A DNA stretch of 64,000 nucleotides from Paraspadella gotoi (Eukaryota > Animalia > Chaetognatha), in assembly GCA_051294375.1 (NCBI GenBank), contig CM119265.1, forward strand, positions 23,366,776 through 23,430,775, given 5' to 3'. The notes under the pieces were generated by a model, which worked only from the letters and a program-made list of their open reading frames with translations, was not told the DNA's origin and did no database searches. Positions 49,380-63,223 of the stretch are shown in pieces. The translations under genes and the position numbers were made by a program. How positions within the stretch are numbered: position 1 is the stretch's first letter; every line of letters starts with the position of its first letter.

Positions 49380-50220
49380 TGGCGCCCATTATCCGCCGTT
49401 GAACTACAAGGCATTTTTTTCTTTTTTTTGAGCAAAGTAGTAAGAGTTCAAAGGCGAATGGAGTTGAGGAGTTGTGAAAGGGCAAATTCTTCTTGAGATT
49501 GAAGCCCAGGACAGATCAGGAAGAGGACGAGGATGTTGGTAAAGCATTACCTTAACGTAACAGTAAAATGTAAAAATGTAAACAGTCGTCAAAATATTTT
49601 CAGATGGCAGGCGGACCTGCCTTGGCCTCACCATGAGGTCAACTACCTCCAGAGCATGAGGCTGATCTTGAAGAATAAGTTTTTCGAACTCTCCTGGCAC
49701 CAAGGAAGGTTGTTCTTGGAGCTCAGTGGTCACAACTCCCCCACCGCATTGAAAATTTTCCCGAAGGAGTTTGTGGTACCATTGGCCTTGTATTCAACCG
49801 TTTTTGAAATGACGAGGGTGATATTGGGTGGGAGACTTGGTTGCCTTAATAAAAACAGATTGTCCCCCTCCTGTGACGCCCTCTGCCAATGTAGGTTTAA
49901 GTTTTTACCCAATTCCTTCGGCCTTTCGAACGGTGGTCGATCCATTTTTTCCAATTTTACTAAATCTGAGAGAGAGAGAGAGCGAGAGAGAGCGAGAAAT
50001 TAACAAAGTCAATCCCTATGATTTGAGGTTGAACAAAAAAAAAAACTTGTACTAATTGAAAATAAAAACATAAAATTGACAAAGTCGACGGTAAACAACG
50101 TTCATCTGTCTCCATCTTCTTCTTCTCCTGGTTCATCTCTTTCTTCTGACTCTCTCTCCTGCTTTTCTAACTTTTCTTTTCTTACTTTTTTGGGTAGAAA
50201 TTTCCCCTCAACCTCACGTT

Positions 50221-50844
50221 TTAGCTATTAAAGGACACGGTGACCTTTTTACTTTCGCTTTTGCCTGCAACTGTACCTTCGTTGTCGTCATCACTTTCTA
50301 CGGACGTAATAGTCTTTTGCTTTGGCAGCGGGATAGTTAAAATGTCCGCCTTTCCGTGGGATAGAAACTTTTTAATTTGCTGCGTTAACACAGCCTTATC
50401 ATTAGCCTTTGCCACCTCTCTGGAAGCCTTTGTCTTGTAAGGCGAGACAAAGAGCTTCTCAGATCCAAAGAAAATGCTACCGCTTATCATTCTGGCAAGA
50501 CAGAATTTTTCGCGTTGCAGCTTAGCGCTCCTTGATTGATTAAGTATCAGGCAGTAAGAGCACTTTATAAGAAAGTAGCTCTCTGCCAGGCGTTGCTTGA
50601 ACGAATCCTGTATCAATTGAGCCTTCATTGCGCGAAAGGTGGAGAGAAACACGTTCTCCTCTGCATGGAGCCGCAAGAGATGGTCAAAATGGCAAAGATT
50701 GCAGCATGTGATGGATAGCCCTATATTCTCTGTCCCCGCTTCATTCTGTGCCGAGCATCTCTGGCAGACAATCATAAAGTTATGGCCGTTGTCCTTCGCG
50801 ACCGGTCCCTTCCCGTCGCTAAAATGATTTTTGACTTCCTCCAA
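50221..50844 (-). CDS. Cys/His-rich orphan ORF (~207 aa), possible zinc-binding protein
   Basis: Non-repetitive open frame with CQRC, CCNLCHFDH and CSYC. Confidence 0.5.
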   Translation of the reverse strand: MEEVKNHFSDGKGPVAKDNGHNFMIVCQRCSAQNEAGTENIGLSITCCNLCHFDHLLRLHAEENVFLSTFRAMKAQLIQDSFKQRLAESYFLIKCSYCLILNQSRSAKLQREKFCLARMISGSIFFGSEKLFVSPYKTKASREVAKANDKAVLTQQIKKFLSHGKADILTIPLPKQKTITSVESDDDNEGTVAGKSESKKVTVSFNS

Positions 50845-51116
50845 TGAGTCATACGGTCGCGCTCGGGAAACGTTGAACTGTGTAATATAACTTGGTAATA
50901 TAATTTATCTTCTTTTTATTATAACTAACAATTTTTGCTTTAGTACTTCTACTCCCATGTAAAATAAATTGTATTCTATATTTATTATCAGACAACGTCA
51001 TTGTAATCAAAGCTCAAGTTCACAACGAACGGCCCATCTCTACCATCTCCTTTCCTATGTCAACGTTTAAACCTAAATATAGTGAATCAGAATCACAATG
51101 TTCAACGAGACTTTAA

Positions 51117-51153
<37 letters not shown>

Positions 51154-51599
51154 GTAAATTTGAAAAGTACCTTTAAATAATAAATATTCAAAAGAAATAT
51201 TTTAATTCGTTTCTAATTTCTATACCATGGTAAGTTTAAATAAAAAATCATCATTGAATTAAAAATAAATTTTAAAAACATATATTAAAAATTAAAAACA
51301 AAAACACAAAAAATCTTTATCACCTTCAAAACTAAAAACTAAAAGTTTCCAAAAATCATTTGACCGAGTTTTAAAGTCGAGTTTCGACCTTTTCGGCATT
51401 TCTCATTCTCCCATAAATTTTAGCCCGGTTTTGAGGTTTCAAGTTTAAATCACTTTTCCGTCTTGTTGAACTTTTCAATTTTCGGTTTACTCTTCTCGGC
51501 TTTAAAATATCCCAAAATCTATTCCCCGCGACTCAGTGATTACCCTTTCTTAGTGATTCCCCTTTCTACTGTCGTCGTCTCCGCCTCGTTTCTTCTCAG

Positions 51600-52748
51600 G
51601 GCGGCGACGCTGGAGCGAAGACTCAAGAGGGCGCAGTCGTTCCAGTGGAACAAAACAAAAACGCGCGATCCAACAAAAATGAAAACAAATCGAAAAACAA
51701 GAAAAAGTCCAAGAAAAAAGGATCCAAAAATAAGAATCAAAACAGAAAAAAAAGCTCCAGGGGTGAGTTTTTTTAATGGAATTGATTGGTTGATTGGATT
51801 GAATCGATTGATTGATTTATTGATAATATTTATTGATGGCTTCGATTTAAATTATCGAGTTAAATTATTTGATTGATTTGATTGATTAATATTCGATCTG
51901 TTCGATTGCTTATATTAATTTTCATTAATTGGAATGTTTGATTAATGGAATCGTGAGTTGCATCTGTTATAGTTACCTGGTTTAAAAAATGACAAAAACG
52001 ACTAACTCCTCGTCATATATTTCATAATCGTTCACAAACTATTTCCTTCCTTAAACTCTTTTCAAAAGCAGACGTCACCGCCTTTCCCAAACTTCCTCCC
52101 GTCACCGGCCTAGTTTCCGCTTCTTCCTCCGCCGTCGTCTCGGCGTCATTCAACTCGGCGTTATTTTCGGCGCCGCCTTCGACCTCGGCGCTACCACCGG
52201 CGCTGCCGACGGCGCCTCTTCCGCCGCCGATTCCCCTCAAGACTTCGACGTCCCGAACGCCCTCCTTTTCGCTTAAAGATTTTCTGACGCCGTTTCCTCC
52301 GGCGCGCTTTTCCGATTCGACGCCTCGGCCGACGACGACGACGCCGCAGGCAGTGACGCCCTTCAACGCGGCGCTGGCTAATCTGCGGACTCGGCGTCCG
52401 AAGAGCGCCGCCGCTCTGCCGCCGATCAAACCGCGGCGAAAGGCGGAGTCGCCGGAAAACGAAGACGACGAGGCGGCGCTGGTGGTTCCTGCGGCGGCGC
52501 CTGCGGCGGAAATCGACGCGGAAACGGCGGTGGCGGCGGCGAATTTAAATGCGATCGCCGCGCCAGCGACGTCGAAGTCTCCGGATTGGTCGTCGCTGAT
52601 CTGGACAGATCCGGCGCTGACCTACGATCGCGACGACATCCGGGTTTTTCTCCGCAACATTGAATTAGATCCGGAGTTTTTCGCCCTCGACGAGGATTGG
52701 CGAGCGGAGGAGCGGCTGGGTGTGGAAGGAGTGACCGAGGCGGTGTAG
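51600..52748 (+). CDS. Spliced Pro/Ala/Ser-rich orphan gene fragment
   Basis: A K-rich exon ends at a gtgagt donor (~51763), followed by a GATT-repeat intron and a long GC-rich exon ending ...WTDPALTYDRDDIRVFLRNIELDPEFF...TEAV*. Confidence 0.45.
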
Positions 52749-55700
52749 AAGGGAGGGTTGGGTGTTGAAGGCCAGGCGGAGGCGGGGGCGAGGGCGTTGG
52801 TGGAGAGAGAGACGAGACTTGGACATAGGACAATGGACTCAAGACTTGAATTGAAATATGTAATATTGTAATCAAAATCTAATGCTTTTTTGATACTTTT
52901 GTATGGAATTGTCTGTGTGATTTTCTAATATGAATCAAGGCGAATCGCCAGTTCAATGGTTTTAGCTATTCCTAGACTTAATTATAGCTGAATGTCCTGA
53001 GGATATTAGACAAGCTTAGAGAGAAATAATTTATGGATATATTACGAGTATATTTATTCAATTAAACGCATTTATAAAACAGAGAGAAAAAAGTTGTATC
53101 ACAACTGAAGTTACAGAAAAATCGTCTTGGAATCCATAAGTTTATTATTAGATCATTTTTAATGAATTTTAGATAAATAAAAATAGATTATAGTTAACAG
53201 TTAATAAGTTCGAGTAGCGCCAAAACTAATGCGAGCTACGCAACAGAAAACTGGAATAAAAAACAAAAGACAAATTCTCGACGGAATTTGATTGTCAAAT
53301 GTTTTATGTGTCTCGTATGAATATTTTGATATATGGTTAAACTGACACTGTTAGCAGTTATTCAAATAAAGCATGATAATGAATTAAGTAAGCGTAAGAT
53401 AATGATTAATGATGCATTCAGCTACTGAGATCGCCAAACTGTTCTTGAATTATTTTTTTCATTTCAAAGTTTACAGTTTACAGTTTACAGTTTACATTAT
53501 TATTCATTAATATCAAATTTGATTGGTTTTTACTTTCTATCATTTATTCCTGATTTTTATGTTGATGTTACTGATTGTATTAGGATTTTTAAAGCGAGGC
53601 GATAATGGGGGGGGTCAAACTCAAAGTCGATTCAACATCGCGATCCCAATTAGACGAATGCAATGGGAATCAATGCAATTGCAATTCCAACACGGAGCGA
53701 CTCAGGTTGTTCTTGACATTCTGCAAGCGCGCCCTCGAATCGACGTTAAGTTCGAAAGCGGCCGCTTCGGCCGAATCGAGGCTGCGGTTCATCGCGTGCC
53801 ATTCGGGGCTCCGGAGGGTCGCGGAAGCCCAAACGGACGAGGAGGGCGGAGCGGGGAAAGATACGCCCGAGCCGAGTCGGGCGTAGACGGCCGAAGACGA
53901 GACGGGCTGAGAGTGGGAGGCGGAGAAAAGCGGAAAGGCCGTGCCCGATCGGGCGTTTACGGGCGAGGTCGGGTTGAGATCGCCAGAGGAGAGAGAAGGT
54001 CGTCGAATGTCGTTGAGGGAAGCGAAAAGTGGGGTGCGTCGGAGGCGGGGTGGGGGAGGTGGAGGGAGCATCTGGATAATAGGGGAGACGAGGGTTCGGA
54101 AAGGATGGGGAAATTGAAAATTGGTTTGTGGAATTTTATTATCATCAAATTCTGACATCATTTTTTTTGTATTTTGTCTTCGTTTTTTTGGTTCGTTTTT
54201 AATTTTTAATTTTATTTTTTTTGCTCTTGTTTCAAACGTCATTGTTTATTTTTCCTTTTAGTTTTTTCGCCCTGAAAACATAAAAGTAAGTTTTCGGGCA
54301 GTCAAACCCTACTTTTTTTTAACTTACCCATCCCTTGAAACTCCCTAAAACCTTACCCGAGAGACGGACTCTCTCAAGAAACCAGCGTTTCTCAAGCGGC
54401 GCCGGTCTCCGTCCTCCGGCGTCGCCGTCTCGTTGATCGTCTCGATTCCGGCGTCGTCGGCGTCGTCGGCGTCTTTGATGCGATGGAACTCGCGTTTGTA
54501 GAAGCGAACGGGAGAAGTCACTCTNNNNNNNNNNNNNNNNNNNNNNNNNNNNNNNNNNNNNNNNNNNNNNNNNNNNNNNNNNNNNNNNNNNNNNNNNNNN
54601 NNNNNNNNNNNNNNNNNNNNNNNNNNNNNNNNNNNNNNNNNNNNNNNNNNNNNNNNNNNNNNNNNNNNNNNNNNNNNNNNNNNNNNNNNNNNNNNNNNNN
54701 NNNNNNNNNNNNNNNNNNNCGAGTGTTGAAGAGAAACGGTGTCGGAAAGAGAAAGAAGAACGAGAGAAAAAATGATACTTAAAATCGCTCATATTTTTTT
54801 TTAGTAAAAATATTTTCTGTCTTTTTTTCGTGAAAGACTTGAGACGGTTGAGTGAAATTCGAGGGTAAAAAGTAAAGAAATTTAGAAAGTGATACGGGGC
54901 AACACATTACTCTCGGGATTATTAAAAAATAAACAAGCTACATTAAATCCCTTTAAAAAGGTGATTCGTAACAAATAAGGACAAGCAAAAAACAAAATAA
55001 CAAACGAGTTAGAATTGGTATTGTACAATGATAAAACGGGGACCAAATGAAAAGGGAAAGAGTAATCACTAATCAGGCTGAATAACACTTTAATAAAACC
55101 AATTTAGATTTCAAATAAAATCTAAGAGATCAAGCTTGTGCACTGTGCATTTTGCATAGTAACGTATAAGAAACNNNNNNNNNNNNNNNNNNNNNNNNNN
55201 NNNNNNNNNNNNNNNNNNNNNNNNNNNNNNNNNNNNNNNNNNNNNNNNNNNNNNNNNNNNNNNNNNNNNNNNNNNNNNNNNNNNNNNNNNNNNNNNNNNN
55301 NNNNNNNNNNNNNNNNNNNNNNNNNNNNNNNNNNNNNNNNNNNNNNNNNNNNNNNNNNNNNNNNNNNNNNNNNNNNNNNNNNNNNNNNNNNNNNNNNNNN
55401 NNNNNNNNNNNNNNNNNNNNNNNNNNNNNNNNNNNNNNNNNNNNNNNNNNNNNNNNNNNNNNNNNNNNNNNNNNNNNNNNNNNNNNNNNNNNNNNNNNNN
55501 NNNNNNNNNNNNNNNNNNNNNNNNNNNNNNNNNNNNNNNNNNNNNNNNNNNNNNNNNNNNNNNNNNNNNNNNNNNNNNNNNNNNNNNNNNNNNNNNNNNN
55601 NNNNNNNNNNNNNNNNNNNNNNNNNNNNNNNNNNNNNNNNNNNNNNNNNNNNNNNNNNNNNNNNNNNNNNNNNNNNNNNNNNNNNNNNNNNNNNNNNNNN

Positions 55701-58386
55701 TTCATCCGTCACACGGGGGCGCCACGCCGAAGCGCCGTTCACGCTGTACGGTGCCCGGCGTCGGCAGGATACAGCCCGACCTAGCGAAGCGACCCAATGC
55801 TCGTGCCAGTCTCGCCCGGGCCGATAGGATGAGGGAAAGAAGGGGGGAAAAAGGTAAAAAAGGAAAAACTGTATTCTGAGCGGGAAAGGACCCCGGGTTG
55901 GCGTAGTGCTGACTAGACGCCGGAGATGGCGCAGTCGCCCACGAGGTCGGCGCCGGGCTGGTTCCTTTTTTGGGAAAGAAAGAAAAAAAACGCCGGTTTG
56001 AGAGAGAGAATTTTAAAAGCCGGTTTTTTTTTTTTAATGAACAGGGTCGGAGGCGGAGAGACGAGAAGCCAGGATGCATACAAGATGCGACCGAATTTTG
56101 ATCGCAGGGATGTGCGATCAAGATTCGCAGCTAGTGAAAAAAAAAACTAGTTTATAACATTAAGCATTAATTTATATGCGTCAGTCATGAGTTTGAAATA
56201 AATAAAAAAGCATAGAAACTACTAAAAAATAATGTTCTAAAAAATTTGCTACTGTTAAAAAAAAAAATCTATTCCCAAGCTTTTATCAATCCGGGCTTCT
56301 CTCTTCAGGGCTCGGGTTGCTAGGATACCATTTTAAATAATCGGGATTTTTAATGTGCGATATTTAGTGGACTACAGATGTTATTGATGAATAAGGTAAG
56401 ATGCCACCCAAAGCTCAGCGGTGCTTGAGATACTTAGTAAGGATAGAGCGTAAACTGGGGCTCCTCAATCCAAGTGTCTCCCGAAAGCTTTCCAGGGGAA
56501 TTTCCAGAGATCATTGAAAGAATATCTGAGGGTTCCAAATTTAGTTTTAAAAAGCTTTTAAAGTTGGGTGTTTTAAAGTTGGTTTAAAGTTGGTTTAAAA
56601 AGCTTTTAAAGAGCCAAAGTTGGGTGTCTCGTGTTATTAATTTTTCGGATGCCATTTTGGTTCTATGAGTCTCCACTCTTTCAGGGTTCTTTCAAAACTA
56701 TTGCAGAGCATCTAAGGGCTTCACGGAGCCCTAATTCCCCATAAGGGCTACCGGGTGATCCTACTGGCCGTTTTCGATGGCGTTTCAAGTTTTGTCAGCT
56801 AAGTGACTGAGGACAATCTTGATTAAAAACATTGTGAGATTAATTTTCGTAAAAAAATTCAACCGCCTCGGACAGATCGGAACATGGGAGCGGCTCTTGG
56901 CCCGGATGGGCGCGCGCGGCTCCGACCCGAAAGACGGAGGCGCGCCCCGAGGATAACAGGGTGATAGGACATGCAGTACTAAGCGGACGTGCGGCCGTGA
57001 ACCGCGCGGTGCGAGCTGAGTTAATAGGATTGCGAATAAACTGTACGGTAAAACTGGTGTTGCTGTTGTTATGCTGGTGAGGATATTGATGATGAGATCG
57101 TAGCGTGGGTAGTGCGGGTTAGTCGCCTGCGGGCGATGGTGGCGGCGCGGCGGCGGCTGCGGGTGGGTTAAATGATTCGCCGTCGCCGCCGTCGCGTCGA
57201 GCGGTACTGACAAAAAAAAAATTCCGGGGTGGGGCGGGTAAGGGGCGTAGGAGTAGCCCCGGCCCGTTGTTGTGGCGGCGGAAAAGCGCCGCCACCGCCG
57301 AAGTTATTCTCGTGCGGCGGTGGTTGCGGCGGATGCTGTCGCTGCAGCCGCCGGATCGTCGTAGGCGAGGGGTAAGGCGGTGGGTAAGGGGCGTGGTAAA
57401 GGGTGGGAGTAGAAGAACGAGGCGAGGGAGAGAAAGTGTGGGTCGGAGATGTGGAAGGGCGAAGATGTAGGAGAGACCGGGGATGGGGAGAAGAGAGGTA
57501 GAGACGTGACGGAGGAAACCTGTCGTCGAGATGTGGCAAGTCAGCAGAACTGGATTAAAGAACGGGTAGAGCAAAGTTGGTGCCCCCCACCCTCCTCTTA
57601 AGCAGTTCCCCCACATCGACGCCGAAGCGTCCGTTGTGTGCATCTTACCCTGTTCCATCACGTTTTCTCTCGCCTCTCTCTCTTCTCTTCTCTCTTTCTC
57701 TTCGTCTCTCTCCTCTCTCTCTCTTTCTCTCTCTCTCTTCTCTCTCGCTCTCACGCTGTGGCTCTCTCCTCCCTCTCTACTTCTGGGCGGATCAAATATT
57801 CTTCTCCGTCGTCAGTCGGCGTCGTCGTCGGCTCACGTCTGAGTCAGCCGAGATTTATGCAGCTGAGAGCGAGGAGGAGAAGAGGCAGGANNNNNNNNNN
57901 NNNNNNNNNNNNNNNAAATAAATACATCAGGATGGATATCAGAATCAAATTAATTAAATAATCAAGATCCAATAAACATTTCTTCATTTAAAAATCACAA
58001 AATTTTAAAATTAAAACAGAAATCTATTTTTTCTACCTGCTCCCGAACCAGGAGAGCGAGGACCTCAACGTGAGAGGATTCTCTCGCGGGCCTACGATAC
58101 AGGCGCTCGGAAATGCGGCGCCGGTTTCGCGTCGTCTTTCCTTCCGGCGCGCCAGTGCAACGTGCGTCGGTCGATAGTATGGGGCGTCGTGTCGGTGGCT
58201 CGTATCGATCTCGGGGCTCAGGAAGTGGCAAGGCGGGTCGGTCGTGCGTCGTCCGGGTCGTCGTCGTCGCTCCAAACACCGTCGTACCGACCGGACATTC
58301 GAGGCCGACTACAGACCGACACAAAACGACGGGGCGTCGGCCAGGAGAGCGTCGTCTGCCGGGCGACGATGCGCCGCGACCGTCTT

Positions 58387-58590
58387 CCGCGCCCCCGCCC
58401 CGCGCCCCCGCCGGCGCCGGCCCGCCCCCCCCCCCCCCGCCCCCCCGGCCGCCCCCCCGCCCCGCCCCCCCGCCGCCCCCCCCCCGCGCGGCCCGCCCCG
58501 CCCCGCCCCCCCCCCGGGTCCCGCCGCGCCTCGCCCGCGCCGGGCCGCCCCGCCGGCGCGCGCCCCGCCCCCCCCGCCCGCCCCCCGGCG
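58387..58590. other. 204-bp tract made almost only of C and G (no A, two T)
   Basis: Direct base composition. Probably a low-quality basecall segment. Confidence 0.8.
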
Positions 58591-59055
58591 AGCGACGAGT
58601 GCCCCAAGGCCGTTCATCGGAACCGGTCCTCCGGGTTCCCCCGGACACGCTCGTGGGTAGGGATCGTCCGAAGTACATGTGCGGTCTCGCTCAACCGGCC
58701 TCGGACAGAGTCGGAAGAGGAGGCGGGGCTGCTTGGCCCGGGCGGATGGGCGCGCGGCTCCGACCGAAAGACGGAATCTCTCTTTTGTGGGGAGGAGGAG
58801 GAGGAGGAAAACGTATTGATTATTTGTCAGGTTTAATTGTCCTTGTTAATCGATACCTTAGTTGAATAATTGTTGTCACCTTAAGTTAAATCGGTTTTTT
58901 TCGATCGATATGTCCCTCTTATTGTGAGTTTTCTTCGTCAATTTTGATGTTAAAAATGTAAATGCATCGTCGATATGTTTTCGAATGTGAGATCATGATA
59001 ATTATGATTATAATAAATAACATTGTGTAAAAATTCCTTCTTTCGTTGTGTTTTG

Positions 59056-59219
59056 ATTAATAGAAAGAGTTTGATATTTTTGTTTCAACAACGATTGTTT
59101 TTATTTCTTTTAGAAACGTACATGTTAACGCTGATGAAGGCTCGAAATCAAGAAAACATGTACGTTTTTAAAAGAAATAAATCGTTGTTGAAACAAAAAT
59201 ATCAAATCTTTCTATTAAT
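59056..59219. mobile_element. Small palindromic MITE-like hairpin (~70-bp arms)
   Basis: ATTAATAGAAAGA...AAACGTACATGTT, ~28-bp loop, then AACATGTACGTTT...TCTTTCTATTAAT. Confidence 0.7.
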
Positions 59220-59373
59220 AAATAACATTATAATAATTTAAATACAAATCACATTATTGTTAAGTCAACGAATCTGAGAGAGATCTAAGCTCAGGTAAGC
59301 GTTTCAATATTGCCTTTCACTCCATCACTCCATCACTACATCACTACATCACTACAACCAACCAACAACCTCA

Positions 59374-62300
59374 CCTGCAACGCCTCCTTCAGCTGCTTCA
59401 CTTCCTCCTGCAGCGCCCTGAGAATCTCTGCGCTGCTTTTCCCTGCGTTGAGGCTGCCGTCGCTGCTGTCGCCGCTTTCCCTGCGCGTCGGTTCGTGGGC
59501 GCTCTTCGGTCGCGGCGTCGTCCGTTTCTTCTTGGAATCGTTCGTCGCCGGTTCGGAGTCACGGCCGGCGTCGTTGTTGTCGTNNNNNNNNNNNTTGTTA
59601 TCGTTGTCGTTTCCGTCGATTAGCCCGTTGTTGTTGTTGTTGTCGTCGCCGTCACGTTTTAATATTTCGACGTTGTTGTTGTTGAGATTCTTCTCGTTGT
59701 TGTTGTTGTTGTTGTTGTTCTGTCCGACGGGCGTCATCGTCGACAACCTCGATTGTCGACTTCCCTCCGAACCCACGAATCCGCTGTCTCTGTCTCTCTC
59801 TCGCTGAAGCCGCGGGGAGAACGCCGACGAGGACGNNNNNNNNNNNNNNNNNNNNNNNNNNNNNNNNNNNNNNNNNNNNNNNNNNNNNNNNNNNNNNNNN
59901 NNNNNNNNNNNNNNNNNNNNNNNNNNNNNNNNNNNNNNNNNNNNNNNNNNNNNNNNNNNNNNNNNNNNNNNNNNNNNNNNNNNNNNNNNNNNNNNNNNNN
60001 NNNNNNNNNNNNNNNNNNNNNNNNNNNNNNNNNNNNNNNNNNNNNNNNNNNNNNNNNNNNNNNNNNNNNNNNNNNNNNNNNNNNNNNNNNNNNNNNNNNN
60101 NNNNNNNNNNNNNNNNNNNNNNNNNNNNNNNNNNNNNNNNNNNNNNNNNNNNNNNNNNNNNNNNNNNNNNNNNNNNNNNNNNNNNNNNNNNNNNNNNNNN
60201 NNNNNNNNNNNNNNNNNNNNNNNNNNNNNNNNNNNNNNNNNNNNNNNNNNNNNNNNNNNNNNNNNNNNNNNNNNNNNNNNNNNNNNNNNNNNNNNNNNNN
60301 NNNNNNNNNNNNNNNNNNNNNNNNNNNNNNNNNNNNNNNNNNNNNNNNNNNNNNNNNNNNNNNNNNNNNNNNNNNNNNNNNNNNNNNNNNNNNNNNNNNN
60401 NNNNNNNNNNNNNNNNNNNNNNNNNNNNNNNNNNNNNNNNNNNNNNNNNNNNNNNNNNNNNNNNNNNNNNNNNNNNNNNNNNNNNNNNNNNNNNNNNNNN
60501 NNNNNNNNNNNNNNNNNNNNNNNNNNNNNNNNNNNNNNNNNNNNNNNNNNNNNNNNNNNNNNNNNNNNNNNNNNNNNNNNNNNNNNNNNNNNNNNNNNNN
60601 NNNNNNNNNNNNNNNNNNNNNNNNNNNNNNNNNNNNNNNNNNNNNNNNNNNNNNNNNNNNNNNNNNNNNNNNNNNNNNNNNNGGGTTTTAAATGTTGAAA
60701 TTTTGAGATTGGTCAAATTAATCCATTGAGTTACATTGTATATACATATTTTTCGTTGTAAAAGCAGTCAACAACAATAACAATAACAACAACATCAATC
60801 ACAATAATAACAACAACAACAACAGCAACAATAACAACATCAGTGACAATAACAACAACAACAACACCAACAAAAAACACCAAGATTACTAAAGTCCTTA
60901 CTTGCATTCTCTCTCTTCCTTCTCCACCATCCACTTCTTCCTCGTCCCCTTTCCTCCTCCTCCTCCTCCTCCTCCTGTCTTCCCTCGCTCCCTCCAACTC
61001 GTCTTCAGACTGAATCCCTCGTCTCGCCCTCCAGTCGTTCGTCGACGTCGCCGGCGGCGCGATGGATCTAAAAGGCTGCTGCTGGGGTCCCTGCAGGTGA
61101 TGCGGCGGCGGCGCCTGACCTTGATGCAGCAAATACGGTGGTAGCTGCTGCTGCTGTTGCTGTTGTTGCCAGTACAGTTGCAGTTGATGATACTGGGGCT
61201 GCGGCTGGGCCAGCGGCGGTCCGCGGGACAACGGACGAGGGGAGGTGAGGATGTCGGCCACGTCGTGATGAGCTCTCGACGTCGTCGTCCTCATCGGCGT
61301 CGTCGTCGTCGGCTGCGGCGGATACGGCGCTGCGGCGTCGAGGACCTCACCGGCGCCGGGTACGTGCCACGTGCGTGGGCGAGGCGACGTCAGTTGTATA
61401 GATGATTTGGATCGAGTTTTGGCGAAATCCGCCAGGGGATTTTCTGGCGCTAGGGGCTTTTTTGGCGGGAAGGGGGAAAGGAAAATGTGAGGTGAGTTAA
61501 AAAATACTTTAAAGTCGTTGTTCTCTTATAAAACATTATCATTATTAATAAATCCTCTTCTTTGAACAATAGTGTTTTACGACATAAAATCGAAAGGGGA
61601 TCCATAGTCAAACGGGCGCAAAACATTAAAAAGAACCGAGTTGTACCCAAATTTCAACCCAAGCTGAATCATCACTGAGTCCCACAGTTGGAATTCCACA
61701 AATGCAAATCGGGAATTGAGTCGGAAANNNNNNNNNNNNNNNNNNNNNNNNNNNNNNNNNNNNNNNNNNNNNNNNNNNNNNNNNNNNNNNNNNNNNNNNN
61801 NNNNNNNNNNNNNNNNNNNNNNNNNNNNNNNNNNNNNNNNNNNNNNNNNNNNNNNNNNNNNNNNNNNNNNNNNNNNAATCATCACTGAGTCCCACATTTG
61901 GAATTCCACAAACGCAAATCGGGAATTGAGTCGGAAACAGTTTTTTCAAAAGTGACCAATTTCAGCTTAAATTTAGAATTACGTAAATCAGTTTTTCAAT
62001 TTGAAGATGAGGTGAGGGATTAGGGATAAAGGTTAGTTTAAGGATTAAGGTCAAGTTAAAATATATTTCTGTTAAAGATAGGTCCACGGATTAGGAACAG
62101 AAATGAGGCGCTTTCGGAACAAAGTGCCCAGTTTCTAAGTCGCGTGACAAGAACCGATCAGAGGGAGAAAGACGAGGAAAGAGGAAGAGAAGAAGGAAGA
62201 AGAAGAAGTAGGAAGAGGAAAAACTTTTGCGTGTTTCTTCGTCTTGAAAAATGATGACGAAGAAACTTTCCCTCGACATCGTCAACAATTGAATCGGTTT

Positions 62301-63183
62301 ATTTCGAATTTCATGGCGTCGAGGGATTTTGTGGCGGAGATGAGAACATTTATCAATTTTCTTNNNNNNNNNNNNNNNNNNNNNNNNNNNNNNNNNNNNN
62401 NNNNNNNNNNNNNNNNNNNNNNNNNNNNNNNNNNNNNNNNNNNNNNNNNNNNNNNNNNNNNNNNNNNNNNNNNNNNNNNNNNNNNNNNNNNNNNNNNNNN
62501 NNNNNNNNNNNNNNNNNNNNNNNNNNNNNNNNNNNNNNNNNNNNNNNNNNNNNNNNNNNNNNNNNNNNNNNNNNNNNNNNNNNNNNNNNNNNNNNNNNNN
62601 NNNNNNNNNNNNNNNNNNNNNNNNNNNNNNNNNNNNNNNNNNNNNNNNNNNCTCTCACCCCACCACTCACCTTCCTCCCCTCTCTCCCTCTTCTTCGTCC
62701 GGTGGTCGCCGCGTTGGAAATCCTCGCCGCCGCCAAGACCCCCTCCTCCTCCTCTTCCTCCTCCGCCCGGAATCTGCCGTCGACGACTCCGGAGACCGCG
62801 TTGGCGGCGTCCGGTGGGCGTCGTCCTCGATTCGGCGTCGAGGTTTTGACGCGCCCATCGAAGTCGGCGCCGTGAAGTTCGGAGGAGGCTTGGGCGAGGA
62901 GGTCGTCGGAAGAATTTCGTCGACGCCCGAGGGAGACGGGCGAGGGATCCTCCAAGGTGTGGTTCGAGGAGTTTGGGCGACCCGAGGACGAGTTTAAGAG
63001 GTTGCTGGAGGAATGCTCTCGTCCAGGAAGACTGAAGGAATGATGAATTGATTATTTTAGATACAATATTTGAACATAAAATCAATTAATAGATGAGAAT
63101 TGCGATTGATATATTGATGGATAGATAAGTCGATAAACCGATAAATTGATTGATTGATTGTATTGTCGATTGATTGATTGATC

Positions 63184-63223
<40 letters not shown>

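Noticed and set aside
56494-56504. GGGGAATTTCC, an NF-kB consensus site
   Set aside because: A single short motif with no promoter context is not enough evidence.
57995-58865. Six overlapping Pro/Gly/Arg-rich ORFs or a G-quadruplex element
   Set aside because: Stops are absent only because 58387-58590 lacks A and almost all T. The abrupt composition change suggests a basecalling artefact.
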